UHGV virus genome: UHGV-1366919
From: a virus
Strand: one strand, 5' to 3'
Length of the DNA: 64,000 bases
Shown here: positions 27,659-36,886 of the stretch, piece after piece
How the letters are laid out: each line of letters begins with the position of its first letter
Position numbering within the stretch: position 1 is the stretch's first letter
Position numbers and translations under genes: made by a program
Notes under the pieces: model-generated
Told to the model about the DNA's origin: nothing
Databases searched by the model: none
Seen by the model: only the letters and a program-made list of their open reading frames with translations

Positions 27659-28207
27659 TCAATTATCCATGGTGTTTTGCCATCTTATAAATTTCTCAAT
27701 AGCGAGCCTGTAATCACCTACTGTATGAATTTCTAATTGAGCTGGAATAAATTTCCAAAGCAGATAAAGACTGCTAATATCTGAAAAATAGGTATCATGA
27801 TAAATGTCCATCAATTCTTCAATATAAAAAATAGAACGGTAGACAACTTTGGAATATTTTAAAAGCGTATCATAAAGCATACTTCCGCCAATGCAAACCA
27901 CCTCTTCTTCGGAATCTTTAAATTTATCTATAAAATCGCATATATTAATTTTAATAACATTATCAGGCAGATTAAGAGGCAAATCCCGGGAAGTAATAAT
28001 AAAATGATTTAAGCGATTTTTTAAAGGTTTAAAATTCAAACTTTCAAAAGTGTTATAACCCATCACAACACTTTTTCCTTCGGTAACATTTTTAAAATGT
28101 TCCATATCTCTTCTAGCTATTTCTTTATATTTTTGACCTTTCCAGGGAAGAGAATTTTTATGTCCAATAGAACCATTGGGAAGCATTGCAAAAATTGAAG
28201 AAATCAT
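27659..28207 (-). CDS. frd: dihydrofolate reductase
   Basis: LPW, VVMGYNTFESL, IGG motifs. Immediately upstream of td, as in T4 (frd-td). Confidence 0.75.
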   Translation of the reverse strand: MISSIFAMLPNGSIGHKNSLPWKGQKYKEIARRDMEHFKNVTEGKSVVMGYNTFESLNFKPLKNRLNHFIITSRDLPLNLPDNVIKINICDFIDKFKDSEEEVVCIGGSMLYDTLLKYSKVVYRSIFYIEELMDIYHDTYFSDISSLYLLWKFIPAQLEIHTVGDYRLAIEKFIRWQNTMDN

Positions 28208-28275
28208 TGTTTTTTAATATTTTATTACTTTTTTAGGCTCAGCTATAATCTTAAATAAACTTATATTTTAAAAAG

Positions 28276-28917
28276 ATGAATAGCTATAGTTACGATGAGG
28301 AGAAAGATAAATGGGGGGCAGAATTAGTTGCAACTAAGGACCGTATAGCTAGACGAATTTATTCAACAAAAGATTATTACTATTGTTGCTGGAAAATGGC
28401 AAGGCATGGATTATTAATTCTTGATTACCGGGGGTTAATTATAGATGTTAACCCGTATTTTTGTGAAAAAATTGGATATTCTCGAGAAGAATTATTGGGA
28501 AAAAATATTAATGATTTTTGTGTTAAAGCTGAAGATCTTCATGCTTCTGATTCTATTAATATTTTAACTTTACTTCAATCGATTAATCAACAAAGTACAA
28601 ATCAATGCGAATTAAAAACTAAAGAAACTAAATTATTTCGTGTAAGATGGGTCGCAACCAGAATTCCAGCATCATTATCTAGTCCATTCTCACATAGTTT
28701 AGTATGTGTATACTTTTTAAGTGAAACTAATTATTCTAAAATTATTGATGAGATTAATAAAATTAAAAAGAAAGAATCGAATATCCTTTGGAAGATACTC
28801 GATTCTCTTTGGGCAAAATGCTTAATTTTTTTAATTATTATTCTTACAGCTATTGGTGGAAGTTTACCAGATATTGTCTCAAAGATAATATCTTTATTTG
28901 CAAATTCTCCACTTTAA
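28276..28917 (+). CDS. membrane-anchored protein with PAS-like N-terminal domain
   Basis: HGLLILDYRGLIIDVNPYFCEKIGYSREELLGKNINDF resembles a PAS sensory fold. C-terminal hydrophobic helix LIFLIIILTAIGGSL. Confidence 0.35.
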   Translation: MNSYSYDEEKDKWGAELVATKDRIARRIYSTKDYYYCCWKMARHGLLILDYRGLIIDVNPYFCEKIGYSREELLGKNINDFCVKAEDLHASDSINILTLLQSINQQSTNQCELKTKETKLFRVRWVATRIPASLSSPFSHSLVCVYFLSETNYSKIIDEINKIKKKESNILWKILDSLWAKCLIFLIIILTAIGGSLPDIVSKIISLFANSPL

Positions 28918-29091
28918 TAAAGTAAGCTCTTCATATAAAAATCAGAACATTCAATATCAAAATCTTTCTGAGTTTCAATATTTTCCGCTGGATAAAAAGT
29001 TGTTACAATTGTTAAACTATTCTTTTGATAAACGGAAATTGATCCGTTATCATTCAAAGAAAATTTAAATTTATCAATGGTACATTCCATA

Positions 29092-29358
29092 TTATTCGTC
29101 CTCGTTTTCTTCTTCGTCGTCTCGTTCTTCTAATTCTTCAAGCAGCTCATTAAGTCGAGATAATGAACACTCGGGAATATATTCTTCTTCATCAGGTTCC
29201 ACAATAGCAGTTGTAATATTAGCTACAATACCTTGAACCATATCAGCTAAAGAATCATCTACATCTGTATCTTCAATATCGGCAATTAATTTATTACAAA
29301 TTACTTCAACCTGAGTTTGATAATTTTTAAATCGTCGTTTAAATTGTTTAAGAGTCAT
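29092..29358 (-). CDS. small highly acidic protein
   Basis: 88 aa ending in EELEERDDEEENEDE. Confidence 0.4.
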   Translation of the reverse strand: MTLKQFKRRFKNYQTQVEVICNKLIADIEDTDVDDSLADMVQGIVANITTAIVEPDEEEYIPECSLSRLNELLEELEERDDEEENEDE

Positions 29359-29443
29359 GTGTGTTACTTATGGTTTCTAATTTTATTAGAAATTATTTTA
29401 CTGAACAAAATTCAAAAATTTCTTTTATTTTTTGAATGATAAT

Positions 29444-30163
29444 TCATTGAGGGGTATTTATATTTTTCTTATAATGATTAAGCATCAGAATAATCTCATG
29501 CTTCATAAAATTTGTTGGAATAACTTCCCAATTTCCGGTATTCATATCTAACCAGAAAATGAGCAGTCCTTTGCATTTCTTCTTAGTCAGAATTTCATTC
29601 ATAAATCCATAAATTCCTAACTGAAGAGCATATATATTAAATTCACATTCAGATAAATGATTTAATGGAGCTTTCATCCATTTACCATAATCTGAACCAA
29701 ATCTAAATTTTTTATTTGTTTTAAAATCGCCAATGATAAATGTACCATCTTCTAACTCAAATAGAAGATCACTAGTACCGGCGATTTTAAAATCATGATT
29801 ATATAACAACTTTTCAGAATATATTTCTGAAATATTTGGAATATATTTTTCTACTTTTAATTGAAATTTTTCAATGATCTTCTTATATAAAGGATCAACT
29901 TCTCCATACTTTACATAATTTTCAAGAGCAGCATGAAAATCAGTACCTCTATCACATGCAAAATTTTTATTATCTTCCCATTCTTTAAGAATTTCTTCTT
30001 GACTTACTCCTCTTTTCTTTGCAACCCATTTAGAAATATTTTCTGCATCAAACTTTTCCTTATATCGCCCCAATAATTTAGAAACTGAGCAATATTCTTC
30101 ATTTGTTTCAATATTAATATATTGATGAGTATCTTCTAAAAATTTAATCGGACTATTATCCAT
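29444..30163 (-). CDS. PD-(D/E)XK-family nuclease (recombination exonuclease / Cas4-like fold)
   Basis: GTSDLLFELEDGTFIIGDFKTNKK gives a D-x(n)-E-x-K arrangement typical of this fold. Confidence 0.45.
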   Translation of the reverse strand: MDNSPIKFLEDTHQYINIETNEEYCSVSKLLGRYKEKFDAENISKWVAKKRGVSQEEILKEWEDNKNFACDRGTDFHAALENYVKYGEVDPLYKKIIEKFQLKVEKYIPNISEIYSEKLLYNHDFKIAGTSDLLFELEDGTFIIGDFKTNKKFRFGSDYGKWMKAPLNHLSECEFNIYALQLGIYGFMNEILTKKKCKGLLIFWLDMNTGNWEVIPTNFMKHEIILMLNHYKKNINTPQ

Positions 30164-30221
30164 TTTTAAATTTAAAATAAATTTTTCCTAAACTTAAAAA
30201 AGTGTTTTAATTAATTTTAAA

Positions 30222-30899
30222 ATGATATTAAAATTAACAGAAAAAAATAGCTTTGTAATTTCTATAAATGATAAACGTTATAAATTATTTAAAAAGATTT
30301 TTAATTATTATCAATTACCTTTACCTAAACTGTTTAATGGAGTTAAACATAATAATCCTGTTTTAGGATGTTTATTAAGTCATTACAATATTTTAAAATT
30401 AGCAACATTATGGTCTTTACCTTATATATTTGTTTTTGAAGATGATGTATTACCAAATAAAAATATTATTCATTACCTGAATGAAGCCTTAAAAAACGTT
30501 CCAGATAATTTTAATATCTTAAAATTAGAAAATATATATTTTAATAATGAATATGATAATAATATATTATCTGAAAATAATTGGATTAAACATTGTAAAA
30601 ATGCTCCAATAATAGGAAGAGGAACTGGGGCAATTGTTATTAATATAACATCATCTTTTCAATTAATTTAATTAATTGAAAAGATGATCCCAAATATTAC
30701 ACCAATTGATGTAATACTAGAATTAGCAAATAAAATATTTCATAATTTTAATATGTATATTTCAAAAAATATTTTATTTGTACAACATAATCTACATAAA
30801 GAAAAAACTATTCATAATAATTTTATGAATAATTCATTAAAAAGAATTAATCCTAATTTAGGAATAATTTCAGATTTTGAACCAAATATATTTGAATAA
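30222..30899 (+). pseudogene. family-25 glycosyltransferase interrupted by an in-frame TAA (ORFs 30222..30671 and 30684..30899 share one frame)
   Basis: GCLLSHYNIL...VFEDDV and GRGTGAIVI motifs of GT25 in the first ORF. Homology continues (PIDVIL) in the second ORF in the same reading frame after a single stop. Confidence 0.5.
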
Positions 30900-30901
30900 T
30901 T

Positions 30902-31246
30902 TTAATCCAAATAAGATTGTTCTCCTCCAAATAATTGTTCTTTAATATCTTCATTTAAATCAAATACTTCAACCTCTAAACTATCATAATCATTAAACCA
31001 TCCTTTATAATAAACATTTGACTGTAGAAATATTTTATCATAAGATATTTTATTAGATTTAATGTTGTTTATATCATTTTGTGTAATAGGAACTGCAATA
31101 ATAATTAAATTATTTTCAGATTTTAATCTACATTTAATGCAAATATATTCATCATGATGTCCAATATTATTTCGATTAAGATCTTCTGATATGAATAAAA
31201 ATGGACCATCATACCACATTAATATATCTATTATATTTAATATCAT
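30902..31246 (-). CDS. hypothetical protein
   Basis: 114 aa. Confidence 0.4.
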   Translation of the reverse strand: MILNIIDILMWYDGPFLFISEDLNRNNIGHHDEYICIKCRLKSENNLIIIAVPITQNDINNIKSNKISYDKIFLQSNVYYKGWFNDYDSLEVEVFDLNEDIKEQLFGGEQSYLD

Positions 31247-31274
31247 ATATTAATATTAATTAATGACATAAAAT

Positions 31275-31289
31275 TTAAAGGTGATTAAT
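31275..31289 (-). promoter_or_regulatory. conserved upstream motif, about 29 nt 5' of 30902..31246
   Basis: + strand tttaaaggtgattaa. Confidence 0.4.
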
Positions 31290-31340
31290 TATTATATTCA
31301 TTTTAATAATATTAAAATAATTTAACATTCATAAGAATGA

Positions 31341-31353
31341 TATTAACACCTAT
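31341..31353 (+). promoter_or_regulatory. conserved upstream motif, + orientation, 5' of holin gene (divergent partner of 31275..31289)
   Basis: attaacacctatc. Confidence 0.35.
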
Positions 31354-31367
31354 CTGAATTTTTAAAG

Positions 31368-31655
31368 GTGTTCCGATTATCTTTAAATATTAATATGGCT
31401 GAAGATAATAAAATTGATCCTACCCTTTGGGTAAAACTTATTGCTTGGTTAAAGGCTCGTTTAAGTGAAAGTTCTACCTGGTCTGCTTTAGTAGTTTTAG
31501 GATCCTACCTAGGATATGTTTGGGATCCTGCGCTAATTGAACAAATTTGTTTAATTGGTGTAAGTTTACTGGCAGTTATCCAAATTATTCGTAAAGATCC
31601 TGTAACAGCGGTTAAAGAATTAACTCCTGAAGAATCTAAAAAAGAAAAAGAATAA
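31368..31655 (+). CDS. putative holin (small two-helix membrane protein); probable true start at the internal ATG (MAEDNK)
   Basis: Two hydrophobic helices and a charged C-terminus. Directly upstream of the endolysin. Confidence 0.45.
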   Translation: MFRLSLNINMAEDNKIDPTLWVKLIAWLKARLSESSTWSALVVLGSYLGYVWDPALIEQICLIGVSLLAVIQIIRKDPVTAVKELTPEESKKEKE

Positions 31656-31703
31656 AGAATTTTTTATTTGTATGGATAAAAAAGAAGTCTTGAGAATAAA
31701 ATC

Positions 31704-32432
31704 TTGAGACTTCTTTTTTGTATGAATGTAACTATTATTAGTATGGAACAAAAAGAACGAATTAAAAGAATTCAAAAAGCTTTGAATGTCAACGCAGATG
31801 GTATTATTGGAGATAAAACTCTTACAGCTATTGAAGGGCTGCTGAATTTAAATAAACCCATAGAGGATAACATGGGATATTCCGTAGTCATAAGTATAGG
31901 TCATTCTACTGCAGATAAAGGCGCAGTAGCATCGGATGGTCATATTGCCGAATATGACTATAATAAAAAGCTGGCAGATATTATTAAAAAGGAACTTGAA
32001 AGTACAAAAAGTCTTTCTGTTCATGTCGTTAATCGCTTAACTGACGGAGGAGGGAAAGGTGTTTCTGCTTCCGTTAAAGCTATAAACATGTATAAAAGTG
32101 ATTGTGCTATTGAGCTTCATGCAAATGCCTATAATGGTACTGCTTCTGGCTCTGAAGTTCTTTATTGGCATACTTCAACTAAAGGCAAGAAACTTGCGAC
32201 CGACCTTCAAGAAGCTATTATTAAAGTTTTAAATCTTCCAAATAGAGGTATTAAGCCATTATCCGGTGAAGATCGAGGTGGGGGAATTCTTAAAGGAACA
32301 GTTGCGCCGACAGTAATAACTGAACCGTTTTTCATCGATAATCCTAAGGACCTTAAATTAGCTGAAGATAAAATTGAACAGTTAGGAGTAGCTATGGCTA
32401 ATGCTATTATCAAATATCTTTATACAAATTAG
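31704..32432 (+). CDS. endolysin: PG-binding domain + N-acetylmuramoyl-L-alanine amidase (Amidase_3 type); TTG start in track
   Basis: IQKALNVNADGIIGDKTLTAI (peptidoglycan-binding repeat). GHSTADKGA...ELHANAYNG...GSEVLYW (Amidase_3 signatures). Confidence 0.7.
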   Translation: MRLLFCMNVTIISMEQKERIKRIQKALNVNADGIIGDKTLTAIEGLLNLNKPIEDNMGYSVVISIGHSTADKGAVASDGHIAEYDYNKKLADIIKKELESTKSLSVHVVNRLTDGGGKGVSASVKAINMYKSDCAIELHANAYNGTASGSEVLYWHTSTKGKKLATDLQEAIIKVLNLPNRGIKPLSGEDRGGGILKGTVAPTVITEPFFIDNPKDLKLAEDKIEQLGVAMANAIIKYLYTN

Positions 32433-32450
32433 GATGATTTCTATCATCCT
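32431..32450 (+). terminator. short hairpin after endolysin gene
   Basis: aggatgat ttct atcatcct. No strong T-run, so weak. Confidence 0.3.
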
Positions 32451-32464
32451 TAAATATACTCTAT

Positions 32465-33994
32465 ATGAACCTTTCTTTATTGACAGTATTATGTCATGGC
32501 AAAAATAATAGCCAACTTAAAGAATTATTAAAAAATAATAAAATATTAAATTTTATTAATACTTTTATTAAAGATAAACCTTATTATGAAACACCCTTTA
32601 GATTTTTAAAATTGTTGAGTAAAAATGCAACATTACCTGCCTGTATTATATGTGGAAATATTATTTCTTATAGTATTTGGAATAGACGTAATAATGCTAA
32701 ATTTTGTTCTAAAACTTGCAAATATTCTAAAGAAGGTAAAGAAAATACTAGAAAAAATATTGAAAAAACATTAATTGAAAAATATAAGGTTAAAAATATT
32801 TTACAACATAAAAAGTTTAAAGAAAAACAAGAATTAACTTGTTTAGCAAAATACGGAACTAAATTTTATTCAAAAACTTCAGAATGTAAAGAAAAAGTTA
32901 AGAAGACGTCATTAGAAAAATTTGGTACAAATAATGTGATGTTCAATAAAAAGGTTTTAAAAAATATAAAAAATAATAATTTATTAAAATTTGGGGTTGA
33001 ATGGCCTTTATCAGATAAAACTATTCATAAAAAAACTATGAATAGTCTTGTTAAAAAACATTTAGAAAAGCTTAAAAAGTTTAATTTAACTTTGTTAGAT
33101 GAATATCAATCCACAAAAGAATACTATAATTTTAAATGTGCTACATGTGGTAATACATTTAAAGATCATTTAAAAAATGGTAGAATTCCTATATGCAAAC
33201 ATTGCTTTCCTTCTAATACTTCTATTGGGGAAAAAGAATTATCAAACTTTATTAAACAATTTTCTTCTAATATTAGCTTAAATGATAGAACATTAATAAA
33301 TCCTTTAGAATTAGATATTGTTATTCCAGAAAAACATTTAGCAATAGAATTTAATGGGCTATATTGGCATTCTGAAGAACATGGTAAAAATGAAAATTAT
33401 CATATTAATAAATCATTATTATGTAAATCTAAAAACTTTAATTTAATTCATATATTTGAAGATGAATGGCTTTTTCAAAAAAATATAATAAAAGGTATTA
33501 TAAAAGATTATTTTAATAGCAAAAAAATAAAAACAAATTTTATTACATTTAAAAAAATCGATAATAAATTAGCTAAAAAATTTAATGAAAAATATAATAT
33601 TCTTGGACATATTACTACAAAAAATAATTTTGGACTTTTTTATAAAAATAGATTAATACATGTATTATCTGTTGGAAAACCAAGATTTAATAAAATTTAC
33701 AAATATGAAATTTATCGATTATCCTCAACATTTAATTTTAAAATTGAAAATTATTTTAAAGTTTTAATTGATAATTTACCTTTATCAATTAAAGAATCAT
33801 TAATATTTTATGAAAATAAACGTTTTCCTATTATTAATAAAACATTATTAGATAATTTGATATTTTTATCAAATTCTAAGCCAAGCTATTTTTTTGTCAA
33901 AAATAAAAATAGATATTCAAAATATAATAAAATAAATAGATTTGATTATAAAATTTGGGATTGCGGATCAACACTTTATCAGGTTAAATATTAA
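32465..33994 (+). CDS. divergent homing-endonuclease-like protein (paralog 6) with C-terminal extension
   Basis: 509 aa. Cys-pair zinc-ribbon repeats. Shares GEKELSNFIKQF...ELDIVIPEKHLAIEFNGLYWH...FNLIHIFEDEW with the other paralogs. Confidence 0.5.
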   Translation: MNLSLLTVLCHGKNNSQLKELLKNNKILNFINTFIKDKPYYETPFRFLKLLSKNATLPACIICGNIISYSIWNRRNNAKFCSKTCKYSKEGKENTRKNIEKTLIEKYKVKNILQHKKFKEKQELTCLAKYGTKFYSKTSECKEKVKKTSLEKFGTNNVMFNKKVLKNIKNNNLLKFGVEWPLSDKTIHKKTMNSLVKKHLEKLKKFNLTLLDEYQSTKEYYNFKCATCGNTFKDHLKNGRIPICKHCFPSNTSIGEKELSNFIKQFSSNISLNDRTLINPLELDIVIPEKHLAIEFNGLYWHSEEHGKNENYHINKSLLCKSKNFNLIHIFEDEWLFQKNIIKGIIKDYFNSKKIKTNFITFKKIDNKLAKKFNEKYNILGHITTKNNFGLFYKNRLIHVLSVGKPRFNKIYKYEIYRLSSTFNFKIENYFKVLIDNLPLSIKESLIFYENKRFPIINKTLLDNLIFLSNSKPSYFFVKNKNRYSKYNKINRFDYKIWDCGSTLYQVKY

Positions 33995-34070
33995 ACATAA
34001 ACATGTTTAAAAATATTCTTCGATTTATCGTCTTTATCGCTTATAAATGGATTGAAGGAACTAAACGAAA

Positions 34071-34089
34071 GTAAAGCACCTTTTTAAAT
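34071..34089 (+). promoter_or_regulatory. conserved upstream motif 5' of 34154..34657
   Basis: gtaaagcacctttttaaat. Confidence 0.35.
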
Positions 34090-34153
34090 CCAGTTAATCT
34101 TTAAACTAAAATCAATGGAGGTCAATAAAGGCTTTCACTGATTTTTATTTTTT

Positions 34154-34657
34154 ATGAAATTAAAACTTTCCAGTGTTGATAGAATTGCTGCAAGTATTAT
34201 AAAACAAGAAGATATTGACGGATATAATCTTGTAAAGTATATTATGTATTTTACCTACTGTTTTCTTTTAAGTTTTTATGATATTGACTGTATTCCGGTG
34301 AAGTTTAAAACATCCAAAGGATCAATTATAATTGATAGAAAACGTCCTATTGATTTAAGTGTTGAACCAATTCAGCAAGGTTGTCTTATATCTTATGTAA
34401 TTAAATGTGTTTGTAAAAACTTAAAAGGGCTAAAAGCAGATGAAATTAATAAAATGATTACTGTAATTGGAAGCCCGTATCATACAGTGATCTCTCAAGG
34501 TAAGACAAAAATTAAAAAGAAAATCATTAAAGAATATTTTAATAATTTCTATAATATACTTCCAAAATACGAAGTTATGGAAGATAGAATTACAACAACA
34601 TTTAATATTCTTAGACTTTTAGCTGGTATTAAATCAAAGCCTTTTCATCATAGCTAA
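34154..34657 (+). CDS. hypothetical protein
   Basis: 167 aa. Confidence 0.35.
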   Translation: MKLKLSSVDRIAASIIKQEDIDGYNLVKYIMYFTYCFLLSFYDIDCIPVKFKTSKGSIIIDRKRPIDLSVEPIQQGCLISYVIKCVCKNLKGLKADEINKMITVIGSPYHTVISQGKTKIKKKIIKEYFNNFYNILPKYEVMEDRITTTFNILRLLAGIKSKPFHHS

Positions 34658-35263
34658 ATTTAATTTGGAATAATCTTCCATCCAAGGAATAATCTTTACG
34701 TCTAATCCAAGCTTATTTTTCATTACCTTAATATCTCCAGATAATTCATAAGCTAAATCTTCACTAAAGTAAATTGTTTTAATAAGATTAGAAAGATTAT
34801 ATTTTGGAGGAAGTTTAATAGATTTACTTTTAGAATAAAGTCGATCCTCCATTTCATTACCTTTATGAGCACGGCCATAAGGCTGGTAATCAATAGCTGT
34901 AATCTGAGTATTTCTTAAATTAGACAATGCCTCTTTATCAAATTCAACAATAACAGAAGTATCTGGATCAAAATGATTTTGAATTAATCCAGGCCGTAAA
35001 GATCTTGCAAAACTTCTGGAATAAGGATATTCTTTATTTTTTTTATAAACTAGAGAATTCTGAAGCTTTTTAATATTTTCCTGAGAATCATCCATAACAT
35101 TATCGTCAATATCTATATTCTCAAATTTATTATCTGTTAATTCCCATTCTTTATCTCGTAATAAATGAACTAGTTCTTCAATATCCATAACTCGATAAAT
35201 TGAGCCTGGACTTTTAGATTCGATTAAAAATTTAGAAAATTTTAAATGTTGGGATAGCTTCAT
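34634..35263 (-). CDS. hypothetical protein
   Basis: 209 aa. Confidence 0.4.
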   Translation of the reverse strand: MKLSQHLKFSKFLIESKSPGSIYRVMDIEELVHLLRDKEWELTDNKFENIDIDDNVMDDSQENIKKLQNSLVYKKNKEYPYSRSFARSLRPGLIQNHFDPDTSVIVEFDKEALSNLRNTQITAIDYQPYGRAHKGNEMEDRLYSKSKSIKLPPKYNLSNLIKTIYFSEDLAYELSGDIKVMKNKLGLDVKIIPWMEDYSKLNLAMMKRL

Positions 35264-35865
35264 ATAATCAATTTATCGTCAGGAATTTTTGTATACATTT
35301 GGGCAAAGGCAAAAGCACAAGAACATTCAATAGGTCCTGTTTGAGAATAGTCATAAGAAAATCCATTTAAGGAAGTTGGAAAGGCTTCCGAAAAGATGAA
35401 TTGAATCTTTGGCTTATTATATTCATCTAAGCCAATTGCACTAACATTTGTCCAATATGACTCTAATCTAAAATAATCTTGTTTAGAAATTAAATTATTT
35501 GGGTCAGGAATTGCGAGTTTCTCATCATGAATAAGATTTAACCAATTATAAAGAGTAATATAGTTAGTATAATCTCCATTAATCTCAAATGAAAAAGTTA
35601 ATAAAGGAAATGGTTCTTTAGAATGAGAGGAAACATAAACATTTCCAGAAGCATATCGTTGTGAAATTGCTTTAATGGTAATATCAGGAATTTTAATTTT
35701 ACTAAGAGCAAACTGAACTGAATTTTTATTAACAGATTCTTTGGAAATATTAAGAGTTGTCTTATTCAGACGCATTAAAGGCTGTGGCATATTAAAAAGA
35801 AATATCCACTTATCGGCCCTTGTCTTATTAAGGGGACTTTGAATAATCGGTTGTTCAGTATTCAT
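35260..35865 (-). CDS. hypothetical protein (possibly virion-associated)
   Basis: 201 aa, translationally coupled to the tail-fiber-like gene upstream. Confidence 0.4.
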   Translation of the reverse strand: MNTEQPIIQSPLNKTRADKWIFLFNMPQPLMRLNKTTLNISKESVNKNSVQFALSKIKIPDITIKAISQRYASGNVYVSSHSKEPFPLLTFSFEINGDYTNYITLYNWLNLIHDEKLAIPDPNNLISKQDYFRLESYWTNVSAIGLDEYNKPKIQFIFSEAFPTSLNGFSYDYSQTGPIECSCAFAFAQMYTKIPDDKLII

Positions 35866-36869
35866 TAAACAATGTCTACTCTGGATAAAAGATTTAAATT
35901 AGATACCATGAATGATGCTGGATATTTTTCAAACCGGCAAAATGCAGTTTTATTAGCGCTTATTTTGGTAATAACATTTTCCGCTTTAGGAAATGTAATG
36001 CTTATTTCAGTATTTCCAGAATTTTTAATAGCAACCGTATAAGAAAATATATTAATATCTGGCATATTAGTAAAATTCCAATCTACAGTTTTATCAGCAT
36101 TAGTTTGAATAATATAACAAGGATCAATGCCGTCTGAAGCATAATCAAAATTCATATTATCGGTATAATTAATGATTTTATTATGACTTATTTCAGAAGC
36201 ACTAATAGCATCATCAACATATTTTTTAGTTGCTGCATGATTATCATTAGTAGGTGTTACAATTGTAACAGGTTTACCTTCAATTGATGGACCGCTATCT
36301 CTTACATAGAAACCATTTTCTACACTATCAACATTTGCATACATTGCTACTACATCAGCCTTACAAACCCAGGTATAATAATTTCCTTCATTTGAACCAT
36401 ACTGTACAGAACGATATGTTGGATAGATTTCCTCTTTCCAGGTCCTATCATTATTAAAAATTATGCCTCCTTGCCAAGAGGCAGATAATCCGCCTCCACT
36501 GGCAATATTTGCAATTACTTGCTGATAAGTTACTGTATGAGGATTAGACTTATTATCAATATGTGCAGTTAAATCTGTAGATTTGGCAAATGTATCTGAA
36601 ATAAGATCATCAGGAACTATACCGGAAGTAGGAATTAATAATACTTCATTAGGAGAAGTACCAGCATTATAATTTACTGCAGTTCCAAAATCTTTTTTAA
36701 AATAATTAGAAACTGTTCCTAAAGTAACTTTATTAGCTTCTTCCTCATAAACAGAATTAACTGAATCAAATTGTAAAACATAAAATAGACTAGTGTCTGC
36801 TAAAGGATCAGTAAGCGCCGGTAACTGATCTAATGTTACTAAATTAAATTCTGAAGGTGACGAAGCCAT
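35865..36869 (-). CDS. tail-fiber-like protein
   Basis: HAATKKYVDDAI motif common in phage fibre proteins. Ser/Thr/Asn-rich. Confidence 0.4.
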   Translation of the reverse strand: MASSPSEFNLVTLDQLPALTDPLADTSLFYVLQFDSVNSVYEEEANKVTLGTVSNYFKKDFGTAVNYNAGTSPNEVLLIPTSGIVPDDLISDTFAKSTDLTAHIDNKSNPHTVTYQQVIANIASGGGLSASWQGGIIFNNDRTWKEEIYPTYRSVQYGSNEGNYYTWVCKADVVAMYANVDSVENGFYVRDSGPSIEGKPVTIVTPTNDNHAATKKYVDDAISASEISHNKIINYTDNMNFDYASDGIDPCYIIQTNADKTVDWNFTNMPDINIFSYTVAIKNSGNTEISITFPKAENVITKISANKTAFCRFEKYPASFMVSNLNLLSRVDIV

Positions 36870-36886
36870 TGTTAAAATATTTAAAG

